Shown here piece by piece: positions 18,463 to 25,599 of a stretch of 28,081 nucleotides of DNA. This DNA comes from a virus (Duplodnaviria; Caudoviricetes). The stretch is from IMG/VR virus record IMGVR_UViG_3300017766_001646, positions 1 through 28,081 of that record. One strand, given 5' to 3'. The first letter of the stretch is position 1. Each line of letters starts with the position of its first letter. Both the position numbers and the translations under genes were made by a program. The notes under the pieces are model-generated. The model made no database searches. It was given only the letters and a program-made list of their open reading frames with translations, and was not told the DNA's origin.

Positions 18463-18728
18463 ACATCTTCTCCCATTCTTGTGTTTATGTAGTTGATATG
18501 CTTGATGATTTCATCTCGATTGTCGAGATCAAGGCCATAGTCATCTGCAAAGTTTTGTGCTAGTTCGCTGTCACGATTGGCCATGACGTAGTCTGTCACC
18601 GCTTCTACCCGCAGCTCATAGACCGAGCCACACTTACAACCATGACCACGGTCACCGTAGTAATCTACTTCTTCCATCAGTTCGCTAGGTATGTAAACAC
18701 CTAGAAAATCATCTGCATGTACTGTCAT
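18459..18728 (-). CDS. Hypothetical acidic protein
   Basis: 89-aa ORF, AGGGAGATAA RBS, ATGA overlap with erf. Confidence 0.7.
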   Translation of the reverse strand: MTVHADDFLGVYIPSELMEEVDYYGDRGHGCKCGSVYELRVEAVTDYVMANRDSELAQNFADDYGLDLDNRDEIIKHINYINTRMGEDV

Positions 18729-18770
18729 CTTTTATCTCCCTGCCCCCTTTCGGGGGCTTGTCCTTTCTGA

Positions 18771-19049
18771 TTACCTTAGGGTTATGCTTGGGTTTTCTAC
18801 TCCAAGCGATTTGGCCCATCGAGCGATTACATTATGTGGTGCTTCAAAATGTGCTCCGACTTCTACTTGATCACCATCAATGTAGATTGCAATCTCTGGT
18901 TGTGCGTAAACCGTTTGGTTTTTAGCGAAGCAGTTATTGCCGGTGGCTTTATATGTGATAGTTGGCAACGTACCGATTTTCTTACTGCTTGGAGTTGGAA
19001 GAATCTGGCCGTTCTTCATGGTAACTGCGATGCGGGTCAATGTATTCAT
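18771..19049 (-). CDS. Hypothetical protein, first gene of the leftward operon (probably leaderless)
   Basis: The second Met (19049, MNTLTRIAV) lies 6 nt downstream of the TATATT -10 box; the first Met (19064) lies inside the promoter. Confidence 0.7.
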   Translation of the reverse strand: MNTLTRIAVTMKNGQILPTPSSKKIGTLPTITYKATGNNCFAKNQTVYAQPEIAIYIDGDQVEVGAHFEAPHNVIARWAKSLGVENPSITLR

Positions 19050-19055
19050 GTATTG

Positions 19056-19084
19056 AATATACATCTAGAATATATATATGTCAA
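19056..19084 (-). promoter_or_regulatory. Leftward early promoter
   Basis: Minus strand TTGACA (19084-19079), N17, TATATT (19061-19056). Confidence 0.8.
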
Positions 19085-19088
19085 GGGC

Positions 19089-19125
19089 TTGACAGAATAA
19101 TATATTCGTGTGGTATATATAGAGC
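19089..19125 (+). promoter_or_regulatory. Rightward early promoter
   Basis: TTGACA at 19089-19094, then TGTGG-TATATA (19109-19119; spacer is long at 19 nt), 6 nt to ATG 19126, no SD. Confidence 0.65.
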
Positions 19126-19359
19126 ATGATTAGAGGATTGACCCAACAGGAGCTGGCACGGAGAACCGGATTTACGCAACCCCGTATCAGCGATTACATG
19201 ACTGGAAAAAAGGCTCCATCGGACACCAGTCTGATGAAGCTGGCAGAAGCGATGGATATGGATCCAGCGGAACTCAGCAAGCAGTTGATGCTACGCAGGA
19301 CACTGCGCAAAGGCAAAGCACCAGAAGCACCGGAACAACCAGAAGTACCGGGCGAATAA
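19126..19359 (+). CDS. XRE/Cro-like HTH transcriptional regulator
   Basis: GLTQQELARRTGFTQPRISDYMTGKKAPS HTH_3 pattern; first rightward gene. Confidence 0.92.
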   Translation: MIRGLTQQELARRTGFTQPRISDYMTGKKAPSDTSLMKLAEAMDMDPAELSKQLMLRRTLRKGKAPEAPEQPEVPGE

Positions 19360-19385
19360 GTTAGAGATAGTTAGGAGATAAGAAG

Positions 19386-19694
19386 ATGCGACGATGCAAC
19401 GAATGTGGGAACAGCGTAGAAGATACAGACAAGATGTGTACGGCTTGCCGTTTGGCAGAATGGCGCCACTTCCAAACCTTGGAGATCAACAAAAGAAATA
19501 GGCAGAATGCACTGGATGCTAACCGGGCTGCATACCTTGGACGCAAGAAAGCAATCAAGGACAGCATCAAGGCTGGTGTTATTACTGCGCTAACGGTTCT
19601 GCTGTTCTTGGCGCTTGTATCTGCTACCCGTGACGCCATCCGGTACGAGTGGGAGACTAAGCCAGCAATGCTCAAGGCAAACGGTGTCAAGTGA
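19386..19694 (+). CDS. Zinc-ribbon + transmembrane protein
   Basis: CNEC...CTAC at the N-terminus; hydrophobic helix GVITALTVLLFLALVSA; AGGAGATAAG RBS. Confidence 0.7.
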   Translation: MRRCNECGNSVEDTDKMCTACRLAEWRHFQTLEINKRNRQNALDANRAAYLGRKKAIKDSIKAGVITALTVLLFLALVSATRDAIRYEWETKPAMLKANGVK

Positions 19695-20476
19695 AAGCCC
19701 ATCAACGTATTGTGCGTGAACAAAAAGCCATTGAGGAAACCAATGGCTTATTTGGCGCATGGTGGCTAGATGTAAACACCGACATAAAGAATGCAGTAGT
19801 AAGACCTGTAACTATTGAAACAGCCAAGCGAATCGTTGAGGAATATGAATGGCTTGGATGTATGCCTGCTGTTGTATGGCATACCTTTGGAATATTCTTT
19901 GATGATGCTTGCGGTGGCGTTGTTTGTTTTGGTCCTGAATACTCAGAAAACCTAGGCATACAGGCAAGATTGCAAGGCAGGAAGTGTGCCGACTGGAGTA
20001 AGTATGGCTTTGAGGGGCGCATGATTCTTTTGTCTCGCGGTGTTTGTCTACACTGGGCTCATCCGCATTCAGGAAGTAAGCTTATTTCAGAAGCAATAAA
20101 AATGTTGCCCGATAAGTACAGAGTCATTACGGCAACAGTAGACGATCTAGCGGGTGAGATTGGCACGATATACCAAGCTTGTAACTTCCATTATGTTGGT
20201 TCAATGCGTGATTCAAATTCAAACGTAAAAAGCAAAAAGGGTGATCGTGATGCATGGCTTATACATGGCAAACTTTACGGTACACGGGCGATACGTCAAA
20301 AGGTTGGATCAGTAAAGGTTGAAGATATAAAGCGCATCTTCCCAACAGCCGAACATGTCAAGCAAAACAGCAAGGGTAGGTATTTCTATTTCCGTGGCAA
20401 CAAACATGAACGCTTAGAATACTGCACCGCCATATCTCATTTGATAAAGCCATATCCCAAGCGGGTAGAAGTTTGA
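19691..20476 (+). CDS. Mom-like (GNAT-fold) DNA adenine modification protein
   Basis: ILLSRGVCL...SKLISEAIKML...ATVDDLAGEIGTIYQACNFHYVG matches the Mom-family D-x-x-x-G-x-x-G-x-I-Y-Q-A-x-N-F/W-x-Y-x-G pattern; C-terminal KGRYFYF and KPYPK. Confidence 0.75.
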   Translation: MKAHQRIVREQKAIEETNGLFGAWWLDVNTDIKNAVVRPVTIETAKRIVEEYEWLGCMPAVVWHTFGIFFDDACGGVVCFGPEYSENLGIQARLQGRKCADWSKYGFEGRMILLSRGVCLHWAHPHSGSKLISEAIKMLPDKYRVITATVDDLAGEIGTIYQACNFHYVGSMRDSNSNVKSKKGDRDAWLIHGKLYGTRAIRQKVGSVKVEDIKRIFPTAEHVKQNSKGRYFYFRGNKHERLEYCTAISHLIKPYPKRVEV

Positions 20477-21294
20477 TACCAAGTAAGACAACCATCAGAC
20501 AGACGCTCCGGGCTCTATCAAGGACACCGGAGCGTTTACTGTCTCACGATGAAATGGTACTCCTCCACTCTGGCTGGAAGCACGGCATCATGCAGGACGA
20601 ATGCCTAGATGCCATGGTGCGTCATAACCTTGGATTTATCAGGGATGTTTGCAAGGTCATCAAGCACAAAGAGCATTTCATCGATGCTTGCCAGTACTGC
20701 GTTGAAGGTGTCATAAGAGCGATTGAAAAGTGGGAGCCTGAACGAGGCCTACGCTTTTCGACTTACGCTCATCCGTGGATATACCAGAAGCTCAGACGCT
20801 ACCAATCAAACCAACTTAGAACCATCCGGATTGCCGAACACGCAGTGGTCAAATGGCACAAGCTCCGCAGATTCTATGTGCTGTTAGAGTTGGAACTCAA
20901 GCGCCCACCAACCGATGCCGAACTCTCAGAACGCTCTGGCATGACCATAGAGACCATTGAAATGTGCAGGACGGCTCACGGCTTAGAGCCTGTGTCAATG
21001 CACCACGGCATCCAAGGCACTGACCTTGTGCTGTACGAATCTGCCGTGTTTGGCACAACCCAAAGCGCAGAGGATGAGTACATGGAAAGTGTGGAGGAAG
21101 GAAGCGCAATGGATCACCTATCTCGGCTGGATGATGAAACCCGGCAGATGGTTGTTTTGCATCTTGGCTTAGATGGACGTGTACCGCAGACAATCCACAT
21201 GATAGCCAGCCGCTACCGTTTACCGCCCGTAGTAGTCAAACAGAGGCTTGCAGAGGCATTGCAGGAACTGAGGAAGAACCTTGAAACATCTTGA
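20473..21294 (+). CDS. Phage-encoded sigma70-family RNA polymerase sigma factor
   Basis: Region 2 (VRHNLGFI; GVIRAIEKWEPERGLRFSTYAHPWIYQ; RTIRI), region 3 (ELKRPPTDAELSE), degenerate region 4; TTG start. Confidence 0.9.
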   Translation: MIPSKTTIRQTLRALSRTPERLLSHDEMVLLHSGWKHGIMQDECLDAMVRHNLGFIRDVCKVIKHKEHFIDACQYCVEGVIRAIEKWEPERGLRFSTYAHPWIYQKLRRYQSNQLRTIRIAEHAVVKWHKLRRFYVLLELELKRPPTDAELSERSGMTIETIEMCRTAHGLEPVSMHHGIQGTDLVLYESAVFGTTQSAEDEYMESVEEGSAMDHLSRLDDETRQMVVLHLGLDGRVPQTIHMIASRYRLPPVVVKQRLAEALQELRKNLETS

Positions 21295-21640
21295 AGACCG
21301 AGAACAAATCGCCTTGATTACTTGGGTTCGCCTGATGGAGTCAAAGCATCCCGAACTGGCTACCTTGTACCACTGCCCTAATGGTGGGCATCGTGACATC
21401 AGGACAGCTGCTAAGTTCAAGGCCATGGGCGTGAAGGCGGGAGTCTGGGATATCTTCTTGCCTTGCCCAGCACCGGGATTGTTCATCGAGATGAAGGCAG
21501 GTAAAGGTAGGTTGACTCCGGGGCAGGTGTCCTTTAGAGACTCCTTGCTACCGCATGGCTATTCTTTTGTGGTGGCTTATTCTTGGCATGATGCCGCCAA
21601 GGCTATCGCCGATCATGTCGGTTTTACTTTTGATGTATAA
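21281..21640 (+). CDS. VRR-NUC domain nuclease (PD-(D/E)XK, resolvase-like)
   Basis: EDREQ, HCPNGGHR, GVKAGVWDI, FIEMKAGKGRLTPGQ. Confidence 0.92.
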   Translation: MKHLEDREQIALITWVRLMESKHPELATLYHCPNGGHRDIRTAAKFKAMGVKAGVWDIFLPCPAPGLFIEMKAGKGRLTPGQVSFRDSLLPHGYSFVVAYSWHDAAKAIADHVGFTFDV

Positions 21641-21651
21641 TATGACTGTTC

Positions 21652-21733
21652 CTTTCTGTGTGGAATAGGCTTTGCCACCCTCCGGAGTAGCTACCGGAGG
21701 GTTCCTAGCAGAACGGAAACATCACACAGAAAG
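21652..21733 (+). promoter_or_regulatory. Structured 5' leader upstream of the primase gene
   Basis: TATAAT at 21636-21641; outer 11-bp stem 21652-21662 / 21723-21733; inner 9-bp hairpin 21677-21702. Confidence 0.5.
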
Positions 21734-21743
21734 TTGATACATC

Positions 21744-22616
21744 ATGGCACTTCCTGCCACTGATGCCGTTCAGGCTATCGCCTTTTTACGGCATCTATTC
21801 AAGCCATACACAGACGGCTTTATCGAGATTCGTCCGCTCTCAAAGCATAAACCCCACGCTAATAGGACTACCTACAGAATCCCTGAATGCCTGAAGGGTG
21901 AAGCCGGGCAAGCACTTAGCCAGCACATCATCAGCCTTGCAATGCGTGGCTATGATGTTTATGTAGGTGTGTGTCCAAGGGTTGCTCCTGAAGGTCCCGG
22001 ACGCAAGCTAGGCAAAGATGCCATAGAACAAGTTGGGGCAGTCTGGGTAGATCTAGATTCTAAGGTTGAGGGTGCGAGTAGTCAAGTATTGCTTGACACC
22101 TGCGACATTGTTGTATCTACCGGCAATGGGTGGCACGGGTACAAGATTCTAAGCAGCCCTAAACTCTGCAAGTCAGCACGAGAGCGCACCACGCTGGAAT
22201 ACCGCATCAGAGACTTTGCCGACAAACTTCTACCCGGTACTGACAATGTCTCCAACGTAGACCGGATCCTACGAGTTCCTGGGACTCTAAACTGGAAGGA
22301 CGCAGACAACCCTAAAGCCGTAACGATGCTAAAGGGTGGAGCCATCAAACCAACATACAAGCAATCCTTGTTGGTTGAGATGCTGGGCGATGAACGGTTA
22401 GATGCTCTTCTGGCATCTGCCAAGGCTGGCGAACTTGGACACGCTATCCCGATGATTCGCCATGCTTCCGGACGTTACACCGGATGCCTTGATACTTTCT
22501 TTCTAGAGGTCGAGCAGGCTTGCATAAAATCAAAAGCTGATGCACGATGGTCATTCCTATTAGACGTTGTCCGAGCAGACCTGCCGGAGATTATGGAGCA
22601 CTACTTTGGCAGATGA
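21744..22616 (+). CDS. RepB-like archaeo-eukaryotic primase (catalytic domain)
   Basis: VYVGV, VWVDLD, VVSTGNGWHGY, DRILRVPGTLNWK. Confidence 0.85.
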   Translation: MALPATDAVQAIAFLRHLFKPYTDGFIEIRPLSKHKPHANRTTYRIPECLKGEAGQALSQHIISLAMRGYDVYVGVCPRVAPEGPGRKLGKDAIEQVGAVWVDLDSKVEGASSQVLLDTCDIVVSTGNGWHGYKILSSPKLCKSARERTTLEYRIRDFADKLLPGTDNVSNVDRILRVPGTLNWKDADNPKAVTMLKGGAIKPTYKQSLLVEMLGDERLDALLASAKAGELGHAIPMIRHASGRYTGCLDTFFLEVEQACIKSKADARWSFLLDVVRADLPEIMEHYFGR

Positions 22617-23943
22617 ATGGTTTGATGAGTTAGACGCTACTCCGAAGCGTCCAGCGCGGTCAGAACGTGGCGAGCCTAACGGTGAGTTTACGCATCACAA
22701 GCTCATGGAGCGACACCCAGAGGGTGGAGGTCCATACGGTGGCAGAGATAATGCCGTAACCGCTTTGGTTGGCTATCTCAGAGAGCGCCAGTTTCATTAC
22801 GATCTAGCCGTTGCCTTTGCATTGGATTGGAATCGTAACCACTGTGACCCTCCTCTACTTGACCATGAAGTGCAGGACAAAGTTGGACGTGCTTGGGCAG
22901 AATGGTCAATCAGTGTACGAGAGATGTACACAAAAGAGATGGCGGTAAAAGACCTGCTGGCAGAACGTGCCAAAGCACTAGAGCCAAAGCAAGCACGCAA
23001 AAAGAAAGTGCCGTGGGACTGGGACAGGTTGCAGGAAGAAGCAGCCAAGAGCCGAGACACGGAATGGATAATCCCTCACGTCATAGCACGTCAAGCCATT
23101 CACTACTTTGCTGGTCCACCTAGTAGCGGTAAGTCATGGATGGCAGCTGACCTTGTCCGAGCTTCACAGTGCGCTGGTAACTGGATGGGTATCGCTCCCT
23201 GCGTCAAGTCTAAGGTGTTATACGTCAATGAAGAGATGGGTGTAGGTGAATACAATAATCGATTCCATTTGCTATACCCGGAAGCCTGCCGAGGGCTTCA
23301 TTCGTTTGTGAATGAAAACATCCGCTTTACCGATCCAGATGACCTTGAAGACATCGTAGAGTTTGTCAAAGAGAATGGCATCGACATTGTGATTGTTGAT
23401 ACTTTCGTCCGGGTCCACAACCTTGATGAAAACAGCAACTCCGAAATGTCCCAACTCTACCAACACTTCAAGCGTGTTACGGATGCAGGAGCTGCGCTCG
23501 TGGTTCTACACCATGCCCGTAAGGGCGCTACAGGCTCACTGGGGCACGAAAGTATGCGCGGGGCTGTAGAGATAGCAGCGCAGGCAGAAACCGTGCTGTC
23601 AATCGAAAACAAGATGGGGCACTACACGGTCAAGACCGTAAAGCAAAGACGTAGCCCATTTGAAGACCAGCTAAACTTTGAGTTTAAGATTCACGCCAAC
23701 GCTCCGAATGATTTGGAGATTAGGCGCATAGACATTGCCACCGAAGAAAAGACACTGGATCAAGCCATCTTGGACTACATCGGAGAGAATCCGGGGCAGA
23801 CCAGCCAGCAGATAGCCGATGGTGTGAAGAAGCGCAAAACCGACGTAGTGAAGGCACTACAAGGGCTTGAAGATGAGTCAATGTTGAACGTCATGAATGG
23901 ACAGAGAGGAGCCAAGTTCTATAGCCCACACAGTATGTTCTAA
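22606..23943 (+). CDS. PriCT-1 + AAA_25 (RecA/RepA-like) helicase with C-terminal winged helix
   Basis: GGRDNA...WNRNHCDPPL...EV (PriCT); Walker A AGPPSSGKS; Walker B IVIVDT; VLHHARK. Start placed at TTG 22606, 7 nt after GGAG. Confidence 0.88.
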   Translation: MADEWFDELDATPKRPARSERGEPNGEFTHHKLMERHPEGGGPYGGRDNAVTALVGYLRERQFHYDLAVAFALDWNRNHCDPPLLDHEVQDKVGRAWAEWSISVREMYTKEMAVKDLLAERAKALEPKQARKKKVPWDWDRLQEEAAKSRDTEWIIPHVIARQAIHYFAGPPSSGKSWMAADLVRASQCAGNWMGIAPCVKSKVLYVNEEMGVGEYNNRFHLLYPEACRGLHSFVNENIRFTDPDDLEDIVEFVKENGIDIVIVDTFVRVHNLDENSNSEMSQLYQHFKRVTDAGAALVVLHHARKGATGSLGHESMRGAVEIAAQAETVLSIENKMGHYTVKTVKQRRSPFEDQLNFEFKIHANAPNDLEIRRIDIATEEKTLDQAILDYIGENPGQTSQQIADGVKKRKTDVVKALQGLEDESMLNVMNGQRGAKFYSPHSMF

Positions 23944-24003
23944 CCTGTTCCCTGACCTGTTCCCACGACCTGTTCCCTTAAGAATATGTAATTGGGAACA
24001 GGT
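23943..24003. repeat. Iteron-like repeats, candidate replication origin
   Basis: ACCTGTTCCC at 23943, 23955 and 23968, an AT-rich 16-nt spacer, then the inverted copy GGGAACAGGT at 23994-24003. Confidence 0.8.
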
Positions 24004-24131
24004 GATAAATCCCCCCTCTCTCTCAGACTCTCTCACCCCCCAGCCGAGAGGGCTGGAGGGGTAATCAGAAGGGCAAAACCGTTCCCCCGCTTGATGCGGG
24101 GAACGGCATTGCCAAGAAAGTAGAAAAGACA

Positions 24132-24500
24132 ATGGACATTGAGTTTTTGACATGGAAGCAACTGAAAGAGCGTGCTGAAATGGATCGCAAGTTGAATGGT
24201 GAAAAGTATGACCACTTACTTGAAGTGGCTATCGCTTGGTTACAATCCGGCGGTCGAATGAGCCTTCACCGGTGGGCTATGCGTCGAGACTTTGAAACGC
24301 ATTTAATCCTTGATGGTAATGACATTAAGTTGGTTGAATGTGACGGTGTAAAAATCCCATTCTGCAAGATAACCGATTTGGTTTACGATGAGTTTCTGAT
24401 GATTCCAGATACACACGAAATCGGTGAACACACGCCATATCCTGAATGGATATACGGAGACCTTGAAGTGCCGCAAATGCGCATCAAAAATAGTGTTTGA
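24132..24500 (+). CDS. Hypothetical protein
   Basis: 122-aa ORF co-oriented with its neighbours; purine-rich upstream sequence. Confidence 0.7.
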   Translation: MDIEFLTWKQLKERAEMDRKLNGEKYDHLLEVAIAWLQSGGRMSLHRWAMRRDFETHLILDGNDIKLVECDGVKIPFCKITDLVYDEFLMIPDTHEIGEHTPYPEWIYGDLEVPQMRIKNSV

Positions 24501-24526
24501 CATAATATACCGACTGGGTATATAGT
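24497..24526 (+). promoter_or_regulatory. Sigma70-type promoter for the SSB/nucleotide-metabolism cluster
   Basis: TTGACA (24497-24502), N18, TATAGT (24521-24526); palindrome ATATACC-gactg-GGTATAT in the spacer. Confidence 0.75.
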
Positions 24527-24576
24527 TTGCATGGCAATAGTGCCGTGAATAAGCCGGATGGCTTGAAGGAGTAAAG

Positions 24577-25065
24577 ATGGGATTTTTTGCACAGCATGGT
24601 TCGTACAGCGAAGGCAACGGTAAAAAGTTTGCAGTAGCTGAAGCAGGCATCTACACCTGCGCCTTGGTTGACATCGAAGCAGTACAAGGCAAGTCGTTTG
24701 ATGATCCATCGGTACTTGAACCAAACTACAAGTTTGTGTTTGAGACAACCGAGGTTGGTGACGATGACGGGCAACCCTTCCGGTTCGTGCAGTTCACCAA
24801 AACAGCCTATGGTAATGACAAGGCGAAACTGACTATCCTGCTCGATTCCATGGTTGGTAAGCACATGGACCGCAACGAGTATCAAAACCTCGACATCAAC
24901 GCTCTCAAGGGCAAACAATGGCAGGTTGTCGTTGGTACTCGCCAGAAAATGAACGGCGAGATTGGCAACATTATCGAGACCGTAAAGCCTGTAAAGGTTG
25001 CAGCTACCAAGCCATTACGCAAGGCTGTACCTACGGCAGACATCACAGATCCATTCGAGGACTAA
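24577..25065 (+). CDS. Putative single-stranded DNA-binding protein (DUF669-like OB fold)
   Basis: GIYTCALVDIE N-terminus, LKGKQWQVVV, acidic-aromatic tail DITDPFED; strong AAGGAG RBS. Confidence 0.65.
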   Translation: MGFFAQHGSYSEGNGKKFAVAEAGIYTCALVDIEAVQGKSFDDPSVLEPNYKFVFETTEVGDDDGQPFRFVQFTKTAYGNDKAKLTILLDSMVGKHMDRNEYQNLDINALKGKQWQVVVGTRQKMNGEIGNIIETVKPVKVAATKPLRKAVPTADITDPFED

Positions 25066-25298
25066 TGCGACAACATTACACGGTTGGCACGCTCGATGCC
25101 TTGGCAGTAATCGAAGACTGGGGGCTGGACTTTGTATCCGGCTCCATAGTCAAATACCTACAGCGCCAAGAGCATAAAGGGCAGGCAGAGCGAGATAGGT
25201 ACAAGGTACTTTGGTACGCAGCCTATCTGGTAACACGCTCTAGAGAGTATGCCGACCGTGTAGTAAACGATGCCAAGGAGATAAGCAATGGGTCGTAA
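25065..25298 (+). CDS. DUF3310 family protein (T7 gp1.7 / SaV-like)
   Basis: HY...DALAVIEDWGLDF..GSIVKYLQR..HKG..ERD.YKVLWY; ATG 25065 overlaps the upstream TAA. Confidence 0.82.
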   Translation: MRQHYTVGTLDALAVIEDWGLDFVSGSIVKYLQRQEHKGQAERDRYKVLWYAAYLVTRSREYADRVVNDAKEISNGS

Positions 25299-25599
25299 TA
25301 CTATGACGTTTTCGCAGAAGAAAAGAATTGTTGGTGCTTCTGCTGCGGTTTGGAAAGCAATCGTAAACCTGCAATACATCATGCGTGACAGCGGTAATAG
25401 CACAAGAGAATGCGTCCGTGTCAATAAGTTAGTGAATCTAGCCAGTGACAATGTGCGATATTGGATTGACAGACCGGTCTTTGAACTTACCGATGTGGAC
25501 AATAGAAAAACCGCAGAGCAGTTTGATGAGGCATGGAAGATATTTCAGACTGATAGTTTGAAGGACATCATAGACGAGGCTGATAATGGCACGACCTAA
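25288..25599 (+). CDS. Hypothetical protein
   Basis: 103-aa ORF, AAGGAGATAAG RBS, overlaps both neighbours. Confidence 0.7.
   Translation: MGRNTMTFSQKKRIVGASAAVWKAIVNLQYIMRDSGNSTRECVRVNKLVNLASDNVRYWIDRPVFELTDVDNRKTAEQFDEAWKIFQTDSLKDIIDEADNGTT

Noticed and set aside
18742-18757. GCCCCC-tttc-GGGGGC hairpin as terminator of the leftward operon
   Set aside because: No U tract on the minus strand, where it is followed directly by the RBS; the hairpin is real but its function is unassigned.
23943-24003. CRISPR array
   Set aside because: Repeats are 10 nt with 2-3 nt gaps, no spacer-length sequences and no cas genes.
24918-25064. N-terminal extension of the DUF3310 ORF
   Set aside because: Overlaps the SSB-like gene; family motifs begin only at ATG 25065.
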